Shown one piece after another: positions 51,036 through 64,000 of a DNA stretch of 64,000 nt. Origin of the DNA: Vicugna vicugna. Lineage: Eukaryota. Under the pieces are notes generated by a model that ran no database searches, was not told where the DNA came from, and was given only the letters and a program-made list of their open reading frames with translations. A program made the position numbers and the translations under genes. Position 1 is the first letter of the stretch. Each line of letters opens with the position of its first letter. The DNA is taken from NCBI GenBank assembly GCA_013265495.1, contig MU058065.1, positions 4,319,003 through 4,383,002 of the forward strand, written 5' to 3'.

Positions 51036-54000
51036 AAGCTATCACAAGTTTAATGCATTGTCATTATTTCAACTGCATCTTTTTATACTAGATGATATTT
51101 AAATATAAATGCTTTTTGTAAGTATATCTTGAAGTCATACATCATTTTCACATGTTCTTTGTATTTCATGTGCATAATCATACTTTTTGCAAGCATTTGC
51201 AAATCCAATCAAGATATTTTTATTGAAGATTTTGATAATTAGATCATCAGCTCTGGATATGAAAATGGGTGGCCTAGAGCCATCTGGTCTTGATTGTAAA
51301 TTAATCTTAAAAGGGTGAAGATAAATAGGATTCCAGATGAACAGAGATTAGAAGAAGGTCACCATCTTCTGGTGTTGAAAAAATAACATAATCATTCAAT
51401 TGTCAGTACAGAAATTTTGTGCATATTTGTATTCTTTTTGTTTGGAGAATTTTATCTCCTATAAGAATCATAGACTATTAGATACCACAGAGTCCAATTG
51501 CGTTATTTTTCAGATAACAAAATTGAGACTTACTGAAGTTAAATGTGTTTCCCATGATCATTCTACCAGTTAATGGACAGGAAGGCAATTACCAAGTGGT
51601 GGACACTTTAAAAATACTTTGACAGGTATTTTCATATATGTCTCATTTGTTTTTCATTATTTATAATACCGATATTACTTTCCACATTTAAACTTTGAAG
51701 AAACAAGTCTTCAGAAACATTCTAGTTGTTGGGTTTCAAAAATATGTCTGTTGATTCTAAGAAGAAATTCTTTTTACCATCACATAGACTTGAGAAGAGG
51801 TGGAGCTTTGATTCAGAATCATGTCTTGTGATGCCCAAGTTTTGGACATTATTTTAAATGTGGACATTGCCTAACACATTTTACTTCTCAAATCTACTGA
51901 TGTGATAGGCTTCTAAAGAGGTAATGTGGCCCATTGAGGATGGATATGTGACGCATTTTTCCACCTGTGGTTTAGGTGAAGGTAAGAACTGAGTTTGGTC
52001 TAATGCCTTTAAAATATCTGAGCAAACAACGGAAAACTTCTACATCAACAGATTATATTTAAAGTAAAAGTCTGAGACCCACTTTTTAAATGTATCAATT
52101 AAAATATAATGTCTTTATAGATAATCTTTGTATTGTGGGGCAAAATTGTCACCTGTATTTTATGTTATGTTTACTGTATGAACATTTTCTTCAGGGGATA
52201 AATTTTATCCAATTATATATCCACATCCATGTAATAAACATGTGGTACAGGCTGCTACACTAGCAATTATTTTAAAATACGCCACACATCCATTTTTTTT
52301 CAAAGTCATCTGCTTTGTCAATGTATGTTCAGTCAACATAAAATGAATTAGACTCCGTGACCTTTCAGTGAACCATATGATTTTGTTACACGTATTAGTT
52401 TCAAAAGGATTTACTTTTCCAAAGTCATTCTCTATGTGTAATACAATACAGGTAGGGAATTTTAATGGACATTAAACATTCGGAGAAAGGCCTTATGCGT
52501 AATTTTTAAAATAAAATATATTGGTTATCTATGATATATTTTTCAACCAGATGCACAGCTGTTTTATATAGGAGAAAAGGATTTTTATCAACAGTGATGA
52601 CTGGAGCACGGCATACAACTCAGTGTGTGTGAGCCAAATAGCTCATCTAATTCTATGTACATGAGAATGCTTAAGACGTTAAACATTTGTGGCAAGAAAA
52701 ACTGAGCTTTCCTATTTGATCTGAAAAATCTCTAGTTAAGTAATAAAAATATTATATTTTTAGAAAAAATATATACACATATTACACACTCACATACACA
52801 TACCTCAAGGATTAAAATTGAGTGGAAAGAAAACATTATGTAAGAAGGTCTTATGGTCACTTCAGGAAAACATCGCTTGCTTGCTAGTTTTTTGTGGGTG
52901 ACCTCAACTCAAAGTGAACCCTAATTATAAATCCTCAGTAAACAGATATCATTCATTTGATTTAAGACATGGATAAGTGAGAATATAAAACAAGAATTCA
53001 AGCCCTCTCCCATCATAATTTGTTACATAAAGGATTTCCATACATATTCAGCCAAGGAACTAAGCGGGGTCTATAATGTCTACATAGGTTGGCTTTTATG
53101 AGTTCCATCTCAGGCATGGTCTACTTGCTACTGGTAAAAAAAATTTTTTTTAAATCAATAAAAGATAAGATTGGGTTTGAATCTGTCTCCTCAAACAGTG
53201 AAATGATTTCCACTCCATGTGCCATTATCTAAAGCCCGAGAAGTCCGGAAACAGCAGCAAGAGGGAAAAGTGTATTAAATTAAATAATAAGAAATTATAA
53301 CTAACATTTACTGGGAACTTTCTATGTACTAAGAATTTTGCTTCTAGTATGTCTTTAAGGGCTTTGAAATGCCATTTACAGGAAGGAGAGGAAACTATAG
53401 AGTGTGGTTCCTAATTTTTCTAAGTACAGAGCTTTTTTCTAAAAATATTTTCAAGACTTTCCAGTGTGTATTACTCATATTTTATTGTTGGTGGAATTAT
53501 AAAATAGCATGACAGAAAGCGACTTTGAATTTAGTAATGCTTTTCAATGAATTTATGTTGTATAATTACAATAGTATTTGTATAAATTTTTAAAAAATTA
53601 TATATATTTCTGTATGATATAAAGAGTTACATATATATGATATATACACATATGGTTATATACATACATTTAGAGTATGTGTAAATATCTATGTAACAAT
53701 ATACATTTATTTATATGATATATATAGCATATGCATATAATGCATAATCATGTATTTAAATGAAATATTATTTATCCAGTTATTCTACATACAATCTTAA
53801 AAAGAACAACCGTGAATAACCATGCCTTGAAATAACCTTGAGTTCCATCCAAGGTGAGAACCACTGTTTCTGAAGGTAGCATTTTACTATAACTTGGTGC
53901 CTTGGTTCAACAATTCATGTACAACTCCATTCAAGGTGCAAACCATGTGTTTTATTGTGCAAATTTCACAGCCATTTTATTGAATTTTATTGTTCTTTGG

Positions 54001-54726
54001 GAGTGTCAATGTCATTTATTAAAGACTTTCATTCTTACCTAAGAGATAGGCTTTCCTTTGTATTAATTCAACTTCTACTATCTCTTAAGATCTCCATTTC
54101 TATATTTTAAAGGTATATTTTCTTTTTAATAATGACATTGAAAAAACAAACAAACCAGAATTTCTCAGAATCTTTCAGGATTTCTACTTGTTTTTTTAGC
54201 CTCTTTTGTTCAGCCAGTCAGAGTCTTCTAAACCTCCAACGGGATGTGTGACTGTGTGTTTACAAAAGGATTACATTTGTACAGCAAATATAATTTCCAC
54301 AAAGATCTCTTTCTTGACCTCCTCATAATTTTCTCTTTGGAGAGTCTAGTTTCTTAAGGCTATTGAAACAGGCTTCCTTAAAATCATTTCTCCTATCTTT
54401 TTCTTACATTTTCTAAAAAAATCCGAACTTCTTTCTATTTATGAGCGCTTCTTTTAAAGTACCTCTTACCTAAAGTTAAATATTGAATGCCAGTGTATTT
54501 CATTTTCCCTAAAGAGTAGTGTATAGCTTTTCTCCACCTCAGCAAAGAATGTAGACTTTTAAATAAATAGGTGATCAATGTATATAAGTAAATGTTGTTC
54601 TACGGAGACCTTTTAAAGAATTCTCATATACCTGGAGAGACTTAATTATCACCTGGCTTGAAGGCAAAGGACATAATCATAGAAGTCACAGCATCCTGGA
54701 AATAATTCCAGAATCCCAGAAATAGA

Positions 54727-54858
54727 GGAGGGGAGGGCATAGCTCAAGTGGTATAGCACATGCTTAGCATTCATGAAGTCCTGGGTTTAATCCCCAGTAT
54801 CTCCTCTAAGAATAAATAAATCAATCTAATTGCCTCCTCCCCACAAAAAGAAAAAAAA
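54727..54858 (+). mobile_element. Camelid tRNA-derived SINE (Vic-1-like)
   Basis: ggggagggcatagctcaagtggta...gtcctgggtttaatccccagta...aataaataaat...poly-A; TSD aatcccagaaataga (54712-54726) / aatcctagcaataga (54859-54873). Confidence 0.92.
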
Positions 54859-57580
54859 AATCCTAGCAATAGAAAGAGCCTTGGAGGTAAATTTAGTGAT
54901 AGAATTCAGTTTATCACTTTTGAAGTCACAAAGAACCAATCTATTCTTTCTCGTGATAGTCTTTTAAGAATTTAAAACGAACCATCATGTTTCTTTTCTA
55001 GTCTTAACACCCAATCTTTTATGATGTGGTTGCTGACTGCTTCCTTCAGACCCTCTTCAGTTAATCACTGTGGGCTGAATGAAGCAAATTTATCAGGAGT
55101 GGTTGAAGAGTAGCAGTATAGATAAGGGCCGTCACCTCCTTTGTCCAGAAACTAGACCATCATTAACGCAATCCAAAAAAGCATTAAGTTCTGTGGCAGA
55201 CAAATCACATCACCCACTAATTATGATCATGTTAGCCTCCCCTGCTTTCACTCTGTACTTGTGACGTTTCAAACCCATCCCCCAAAACCCCTGTTTCATA
55301 AAGCCTTTGGATTTTCTGTTACTAAGAAAAGAAATACGTACGTTATTGTCATCTGGGAGTTCTTCTGAGACTGAGGAAGGTAATTTTCTAGACCACAGGA
55401 GGAAGGAAGGATTTCAATTCAATTCTTTTGAACTTGGAACTCAGATGGTAGGATAAGAATGAGAATTACAGACTTTGTGTGGTCATCCCTTCAGCTGACT
55501 ACTTATTTGAATCAATATGTCTTGAACTGTCTAAATTAGAATTCTTGAAAAGATAACACATTCAGACTTGGGTTTAGATTTTATTTCATGCATCCTTGAG
55601 AAATGATGGTTGTATATTATCCTGAGAATCTAAGTGGTTTTCCTGATCAGTCCTGATGATTTAGCACATTCACCCTGCAAAACTCAAATAAATAAAATCC
55701 CTATGCTTGAATGATCTGATTTGACACCGTGAGTAAGCAAAATGTCTTCATAATTAATGTACCCTTCCCAGGCTTCCCTCTTTCCGCAGCATATAGGTAC
55801 AAGCATGCATATTAATTTGTGCCAAAACATTCTAGTGTAAATGTGTACATGGATGTGTAAGTACATTTGTATAATGCAAAACTGTGCTTTAGCAGTTTCC
55901 TCCCAATGGTGTATTCAATACTTCCCTGGCCGCCTCCAATTGAGTATCTTCTAGATTCACAAAAATTCCGTGAAGCATATTTGAAAAAGTCTTGACTTTC
56001 AAGCACACTGAACTGTATCTCACTATTCTCATATTTGTGTCATCAATAGCTGTGTGTTTTTATTGGCACCTGGGATTACTTAATAATCCAAAAAAAAAGG
56101 AAGGAAAGCAACATGAAATCTAATTATTCCACTGGTTAGGAATGTTTGGAACAAGCAAGCATAGATGAGTCTCATCATGAGAAAACATGTTTTATGTGAA
56201 GGTTAATATCTAAACTGGGAGAGAGAGAGGGAGAGAGAAAAGGAGAGAGAGAGGAGGGCTAAAACAGAAATTTATTAGCACTTGTTAAAACCCCATTAAA
56301 ATCCATCCATTTGTGGCAGTTAAGCAAGTTTACATGCTGGAATCACTTGAGATTTCACATCTAAGGCAGATCATTTGATGTTTTATGAATTATCAGAGGT
56401 CTAAGAAACAGATACAGCATGGCATCACATTTTATTGAAGACCCAATGTTCATATTCATCTGAGATCTTATTTCACTTACTTCTTTTGACAAGAGTGATT
56501 TCAGGGAAATACTCATTTATAGTGTTACAGGAAAAAAATAATGGAACAGGAAACTGTAAAAAAAAATTATCTGTCTTTCCTGGCAATAATGTGAAGGAGT
56601 AGACATTTATAAGATTAAATAATCCAAACAAAAGTTTGGGGATTTAATGTTAAATACAAAAAAAAAAAAGAAAAAGGAAAAAAGGACTTGGTTTTAAAGG
56701 GTGATTTTGGAATACAGATAGCATTTTCTCATTTTCTTTTTCTTTCTGGGCTCAGCAGAAAATTAGGAGAACATATGCTGATCCATGATTTGTCATCCTT
56801 GCATTTGGAATATTTTGATCAACAGACAAGGCATTAAGCCAAATTTCCTGGAAAAAAATAAAGGAAACTAACTCAAAGTCTAACGTACCTTTGCTTTCAC
56901 AAATCTGCAATTTTTAGAAGAATACCTCACAACATCTAAATATTTGGATGAAAATCATATTGTCTTGGGAATTTTCCAAAGATAGATTTTTCAGACTTCT
57001 GTGTGCAGTAACTTAAGCAGCTGGGTTGGCTGTATTGTTGCCTAGCCATATTGGAGATTGAGACAGAAGGGAAAAGTCAGGAAGGCTGATCCTTCCTTTA
57101 TTTAAAATTATAGGATTTAATTTATCATAGATTTTTGGCATTCATCTTGATTTTTAAAGATATTGCATTTAAATACTGTTTACCTTGATGACTGAGATTT
57201 TGGTGCCCCAAATTTAAATTCTGTGCCAAAGATGAGTGTCTTGTGTCACCTAGAATAGGTATAGATACACATTTTGGAAGATCTTATTTATACCTAACTT
57301 TATTCTTTCATTTTAATAGTCAAGGTCCCCTCTCCCTCCCACCCCCACATTCTTAGTGGACTTAAAGAACAGACAATTATAATACTTCTTTGTAAGCGAT
57401 TTTCTCATCCTTTGAGGTTAAATCTTCCTCTAGGCTTTATTCTGTGTTGATTAACTGCAGAATCTTTGGCTTTTTTGTACTTTAACTCATCATTTTTAAG
57501 GCTCCGAGATAAATTTTTTTCAGGTTTCCCAAATAGTTCCATATAAGAGGAAAAATCTGATCTCATGGCTTCTACTTTTT

Positions 57581-57772
57581 TTTTTTAAAATAAAATATTT
57601 CTTTCTTTCTTTCTTTTTAAAGATAGTACAATCTTTAAGCAAGTACGTTTTATTTATTTATTCATTTGTTGTAACTTTTCTTTTTCTGTCAGTGGGAGGC
57701 ACTGGGAATTGAACCAGGGACCTTGTGCGTGTCAAGAACGCGCTCTGTCATTGAGCTGTAGCCCCATCCCCG
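57581..57772 (-). mobile_element. Camelid tRNA-derived SINE (more diverged copy)
   Basis: Reverse complement of ggggatggggctacagctcaatgacagagcgc...ggtccctggttcaattcccagtgcc; TSD tcatggcttctacttttt (57563-57580) / tcatggcttttatttttt (57773-57790). Confidence 0.85.
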
Positions 57773-59733
57773 TCATGGCTTTTATTTTTTGCGTTTTTTA
57801 TGTTTTGCTTGATTTTTAAAAATTATTCCAGGTCTATTTTTTTTCTCCTGGTTCATTTTCTTCCCTGTAGTTAGGGGGAGGGACAACTTGTCACGGCCTC
57901 CTCGAGGAGAGGTTATTGGCAGAGGACTCTGTGCTAAGTTAAGGAGGTGTGAGTGTGTGTGCACAAGAGTCAAGCTCATCAAATAAATGTTGCACAAATA
58001 TTGTACGTGTGAGGGTCAGGCCTTTGCAGTGAGACTAATCCTCATTCTGTGAGCTGAGACTCCCAACAACACCATAAGTTTAGAAAATAAACGAGCCACT
58101 TGAAACAGGTCTCATCACACTTTCGCCTCTTCTTCCCAGAGATTTTAGAGATAGACGTTCACTGGATTCAGCAATAAAAACTTTCGGGAAGGAGAAGAGG
58201 GGAAAAGCTTTGACTGCAACCAAAGAAGAGGAATCTGCAACAGAAGTTCCGAATACTTCTTTTGCTGCTGGACTTACACACACCTAGCTTTTCCCCCTGT
58301 TTTCATCAGGCCGCATTTGGTCTTCAGTCCTCCAGGGTTATCCGCATTCAAGCTTGTTCTAGTTGTAGCTGGCTGTTCTGGCAATTTACTCAGTCGCTTT
58401 GGGTTTCATTGCCTCTTCTCCGAGAATCTGGAATTTCCTTTACCCTTCAGAGCTTAATAAGAACCTTCTTTCTGCTGAATCCTTAGGTGACTGATAGAAA
58501 TGTTACATGACCACAGGTTCAGAGCTGACCTTAGAGGAACTGTGGCACCATTTGTTGTGTGTCCCTAGGTTGACACTGATCCATTGATAACCTCTCTCTA
58601 GGTCTGACTTTCCAGCTGGTTTTCCATTTACCTCATAACTGAACAGTTCAGACCTTGTTTTTCCAGTTAATTGATGTGTGGGTTGTGTGGGGCAGAATCA
58701 AAGACCCTCCCTGCTAAAACTTAAGATTGATTTTATCGCTAGCTTCCTTTGGTCGACCAGAACTCCCACAAGGATATCTGCCTAGTTAGACTAGACATAT
58801 TCTTGTCAGTGCCATGCTGTTTTTTGTTTGTTTGTTTGTTTGATCAAAATGTTTACTATTTTAGGGATGATTTCTCCAATTTAAAAAAAATTGTACTGTC
58901 AAAACCCCTATCAAAATTACAATACAGACTTCAGCTATAGCTTAAGTCCAAAATCCACAATAGTTTTAACTTTTCTTTTAAGATAGAAGAATAAAATTAG
59001 CAATTCTTCTAGTGCATTCAACCAAAGTTCATAGAGTTTAGGGAAGAAGATCTCTGGGAATAAAACAAAGGAATCAGGGCTTTCAAAAGAGCTTTCTGGA
59101 ATATGTCTGCACCACTTCCCTCTATTTCCTTCCGCTTTTTTCCTGGACTTGGCGTGTATTGACAGTCATTCAGGTAAGAAATCACCTCGTTTTGAGAGCT
59201 ATAACTTCCTCTTGTTCATTAATGTCTCTGCTTTAGGGTAAAAAGAACAGGAACATCAATGCCTACCTGCAGGTATAATAAAAATAGATGTATCACACAG
59301 AGATAGATCATTTGTCTAGTTTATAGGGAATTCCTTTCTGTGCCCAGGGAATTTAAGTATTCACTTGAAAGGTGCAGCCATGGCAGTGAGGCTTCTGCTG
59401 TTCTTCATTCACCACAAAGCAGGGATTCAATTAATTTATTACTTTAAAAGACTTTGATGCAACAGTGGTGTCCATGACCTACCCGTGTTGGGAACAGATG
59501 AAAATACTGTGCTGTCAAAAGGCTTCCATCTTCTTAATGGGATGTGATACTGTTTGGGGTATTCTAAGACACAGGAATATGTTGACGATTCAAACTGAAA
59601 GGAAGGGAACATAAAAAAAATTAGGATAGATGAGATGCATGATAATTCCCATATATTTATTAAGATTTCAGATTGTGAAATAATGAAACTTACTTTCCCT
59701 TAAGAGGGGGACATTTTACTTCTTCCTATTTTA

Positions 59734-60000
59734 AAAAGCTTTTACAGTCAGTTACAATGTGTCAATTTCTGGTGTACAGCACAGTGCTCCAGTTCATGCA
59801 TATACATACATGTATTTGTTTTCATTTCCTTTTTCATTAAAGGTTATTGCAAGATATTGCATGTAGTTACCTGTGCTATTCAGAAGAACCTCCTTTTTAA
59901 AATCTATTTTTATATATAGTGGCTAACATTTGCAAATCTCAAACCCCCAAATTTATCCCTTCCCACCCTCTTTCCCCAATAACCATAAGGTTGTTTACTA
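59734..60000 (-). mobile_element. 5'-truncated cetartiodactyl-type L1 3' UTR
   Basis: agtcagttacaatgtgtcaatttctggtgtacagca...aatctcaaacccccaaatttatccct...aaccataaggttgtttacta; 18-bp TSD ttacttcttcctatttta (59716-59733) / ttactccttcctatttta (60001-60018). Confidence 0.9.
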
Positions 60001-61795
60001 TTACTCCTTCCTATTTTATGGTTAACTTTCTAGATTTTTATACTATTTTCTTTTGAATGAAAGGTGTCATAGAAACATAAGACACAGAATTCAAGGTAGA
60101 TACACACTCTCCATGAATATTTTTCGATATGGGGAAGGATGGCTATGCTGATGAATCCTCCATATCAGATATATGCCTACGGTTCTGTTGGATCCTGGAG
60201 AAGGCAACTAAAGAGGAAGGAGCCTTTGTCTCTGCCCCTAAGGAGCTTCCAGGTTAATTCTGGGAATGAACAGGCACTCAAGATGAGGCACCTTATCATC
60301 AACCACATTGCTGGCCAGGAATTAAAAGTGCAACGCAGCATGGTGCACTGGGTCATTTCAGCATCTTAAAATTGACTTCAGCCCCTCTCATCCTTTGTCC
60401 AAACACAAGTCCTATCTATTGTGAGTGAGCAAGTTGATTTTCCTCATTAGATTATAAGTTTCCTCAAGGTATAGTGTTTTGATATGTACTCAATATTATA
60501 AATACAGAAAAAAGAGAAAATACACTTAAGAGAAACATACATGAAGTTCATAAGCAAATGTGAAACAGTTTGAGTAAAATCCAAGGTGCAGGGTGGTCAA
60601 GTACGGTTGGGCAGTTGTGTACTGCACAAGGACTCTAGGCCAGCTGAGGTTAGCCAGCGTTCTGCTCACCAAGCCTTGTGCTTGTGATGTTGTGTCCGCT
60701 TGGTTTGTAGGCTTCTGTCTACCTTGCCAGGGTACCTGCAGTTAAATATTGCCCTCAAGATGTGAACTTTCAATACTTGATTAGCAAAGTGACAAAGAAT
60801 TATCTGCATTTTGTTTTAAAATCTTTAATTCAGGAATCCCAAGGCAGATGGTATAGGACACAAAAAAACCCATCGAAGGGTCACAAAAAGGAAGAGAACG
60901 TTAGTAGGGCTAAGAGTACCTCATTTCTTTTAACCATACCCACTAAGGGCCCCAGCATTTCTGTAGGGAAGACAAATAAGTAGCCATCTGAAGTAGATAG
61001 CTGCTTCCCATTTGTAGTTTCTTTGAGAGATATGGTGACTACGCTTCAGGTAACTATTTACTAAACTGATTGCAATTCACATCCATAGTGTGGGTGCTCA
61101 TTTTCAGCGATGCCTATTACGGCTTTTATGACCTGCATTGAAGAACATCTGCAAGGATTGTTCTAGAATGTACTTGAACTCCAAGAACTCCAAGACATGG
61201 CAATCATGATTCAGGTGTCAAGGTGGATAAAACAGGTAAGCCGAATCATACAGCACCTCCCGTGGCTCATCCTAACCAGCCAAGTCTCCTGTTAGGTAAG
61301 CTGACACTCCTGCCAGGTGCTATTTGCACAGCCGTGAACGGGAGCCCAGTGTGGGAGCTCCGCTAGCACAGGAGCAAGTGATTGGGAGCTACTCGTGGAG
61401 GCAGTGGATTTGGAACCGGGCATTAAAAGAAGAGGAAGCCACCTCAAGAAGAAAGATAAAGGCATTCCAAGTGGAAGTTGTAATCTGGAGGCGCACAGGG
61501 TGAATTTCGCAACTGTGTGTGTTTGATAAGGCTTTCAGAAATTTTATGTAAATAGGGAGATATTATAGTTGATCAAAACATAACTAGCTTAGCACCTAGT
61601 ATCTTACCCAGCAGCGTTATTCATTTGTGTGTCCTGTCCAGCCACTAAACGCAGCTGAGTTTTTGAATCCCGTGAACATCCCTCTTTGGAAGGAGAAATG
61701 GAAAAAGAACGGTTATATTGAAAGAGAACAGACAGGAATGATCTTAGAAGTGTAGACTGCGGTATTTAGTTCTGATGCAATGCGCAACTAGAAAG

Positions 61796-63425
61796 TTTTG
61801 TCAAAATATTTGAGCTTTGTGAATCTTCGCCTACAACATGATAAAATTGATTCTGAATTATTTCCAGAATGTGTGATTTTTGTTTTACGAGTACTGAGTA
61901 AATATTATAACCTACAGATATTTCTCACATGAACAAAACAGATGGAATTGTGTCTTTGGTTATGTTTTAGAAGAGTTTCAAACTCTTGTAAGGTACTTAA
62001 TTTAATAAAGAAAAAACCCTCTCAATATTTCTAATTCAATAAAGCAAAAAAAAAAAAACCCTCTAATTCCGTAATTATATTTTTTTCAAATGTTTGAAGC
62101 AAATGCATCTTACCAGGCATGGCATCATGAAACTGACCCCAGACTATTTCTAGGATGCGTAATTTGTGTTCCATAAGATGGCTACTGAGTAAATATTATA
62201 ACCTGCAGATACATCTCATGTGAAGTTGAACCCATAATGATTTGAAACTGTTCCACAAGATGACTTCTTATAGGGGATGGAGGTTTAAGGAATTCATGGA
62301 AGAAATTTAAGGGTTAGAAACTTCTGGGGATTACAACCAAAATAACTTGATATGCAATTCAGCTCTTCAGTATCTCAGTGATTCCAGTCTTTTTCCTGTT
62401 AGTACTTGGGAGTTAAATGTCTGAAAATATAATGACAGGTGCTGATCTGAAAGGGGATTTAGGGCACTCAGAGAACTCCCTGAAACCTTCTATTGTAGCT
62501 GAGTCAAGAGAGAGTCACCGTGCGCTCTGAAGGTGCTGTCCATCCACAGTGTCTACAACTACTGAGGTTTTCTGAAAGCCTCTGATATTGAAAACTGGGG
62601 GATTTAATATATTACCCCACGGTATTTTTTGTACAAAGTTTATATTCCAAATTCCTTACCATCAAGTAAAGGAAGAAACAGCCCACTGACCCTGTGGACC
62701 TCAGCACTGGACTTGCTCTCTGTGTAGATGGGGCGAGGAAGGTGTGTGAGCACTTCAGTTTGAGAAACGCGGTGAATTGGGCAGACCAAAGTGTTCAGAG
62801 GTGGACGCTTTTGCACTGGGACAGCTAAATACTAATGAAGGGAGACCAAAGAGCTTGCCCAGAGGAGAGCTCCGTTTCCATAGCTGCTCTGTCCCTGGCC
62901 TTCATCCCAGCCACAAAACAGCCAAGCGAGACACAGGATGCGGTCACTGGGACATTCAGCACTTGCCTATGAGAAAGGGGGCCAACGTTCACTAAGTGGA
63001 TGAGAACGACTTTCAGGTTTCAGGTACCAGCAGGTCGCACTTAAAATTTTTGCTTAGCACGGGATGGACCAACTACCGCACCATAAGCATTCAACTTCCA
63101 CTTTTAGCTGATTTCTTCTGCAAGCTGTTTTCACTTTCTGCCTAAATCTTCCTACAAAGTGCTACGGTTAACTATCCACACATCACAGATGATGTGCTCT
63201 GACAGACATGAAGAATTAAAGTGAAACGCATGCACTGTTTAAAATAAAATCATCTATGTCATGAATAAGAAAAACAAAACAGATGGAATTGTGTCTTTGG
63301 TCATGCCTCAGAAAGTTTCAAACTCTTCTAAACCACTTAATTTAATAAAGGAAAAAAAAAAAACTCTTTCAATACTCCAAATGCAATAAAGAAAAAAAAC
63401 CCAACCTAATGCTATAATCGCATTG
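61796..63425. repeat. Old tandem duplication with a ~1.05-kb indel between copies
   Basis: 61796-61933 matches 62081-62224 (offset ~291) and 61932-62080 matches 63273-63425 (offset 1341). Confidence 0.8.
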
Positions 63426-64000
63426 GAATTTGGTATCAATAGTTTTAACGCCAGGAATTCACTGATGAGATGGCATTTAGGTTTATGGGGTAAATCATTG
63501 AGGCAAAGTGACTATTGATCGGAATGTCACAGAACTGACAAAGTGGCTTTCCATTAGCATACCCCATGCTAAAAGAAGGGTCTGGTAAGTGGAACTGTGG
63601 TCAAAAAAGGGAAAACCTCCTATCAAACTGGGTGAAGCACGTCTGTATTTCCTTTGACATAAGTGTTCAGTTCCTCAGAAAAACATTCCAAGCAAACAAT
63701 TTTTCACAGACTATTTCTCTTTTCTAGAATGGAAGAGGGGCAAGCTTGGTGTAACCGCTTGGTTAGCTCAGGGACACAGGAGATGCCAAGTCTTGAGGTT
63801 GCTTTCTCAATGGAATGCTTCAACTTGACATCAACAGGAAAGCCCCATCAGTCTTGGATTGGAAGTGCTGGAAACCTTACCCCCAGTGACTGGCGAGGGG
63901 AGGAGGGAAGAAAAGGGAAGGATTTACTCAAGACCAGAGCAGACGAATAAACAAGAGCCATGGCAGTTTCCTGCAGGAAAGTGGAAAGATTAGGCTGGTT

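Overview
This is AT-rich eukaryotic (mammalian) genomic DNA, most likely camelid (Camelus/Vicugna). The evidence is four copies of a tRNA-derived SINE of the camelid Vic-1 type and several cetartiodactyl-type L1 3' ends. Most of the window is intronic or intergenic sequence carrying interspersed repeats: SINEs, L1/HAL1, L2, MIR, MLT1 LTRs and hAT DNA transposons (MER5, MER33, MER53, MER58, MER91). Repeat family names come from recalled consensus resemblance, not a database run. The ORF track is mostly noise. The main non-repeat signal is a candidate multi-exon protein-coding gene on the minus strand. Its last two exons (21608-21690 and 21342-21452) have canonical splice sites, compatible phases, a stop codon and a downstream AATAAA. 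Further CpG-retaining, frame-compatible exon candidates extend to about 44.7 kb. I do not recognise the protein, and some upstream candidates contain stops, so it could be a fast-evolving gene or a decaying unitary pseudogene. The window also has several homeodomain/TALE/nuclear-receptor motif clusters that look like developmental enhancers, two local duplications, and three L1 fragments with almost identical 5' ends. No CRISPR array, rRNA gene or true tRNA gene is seen.
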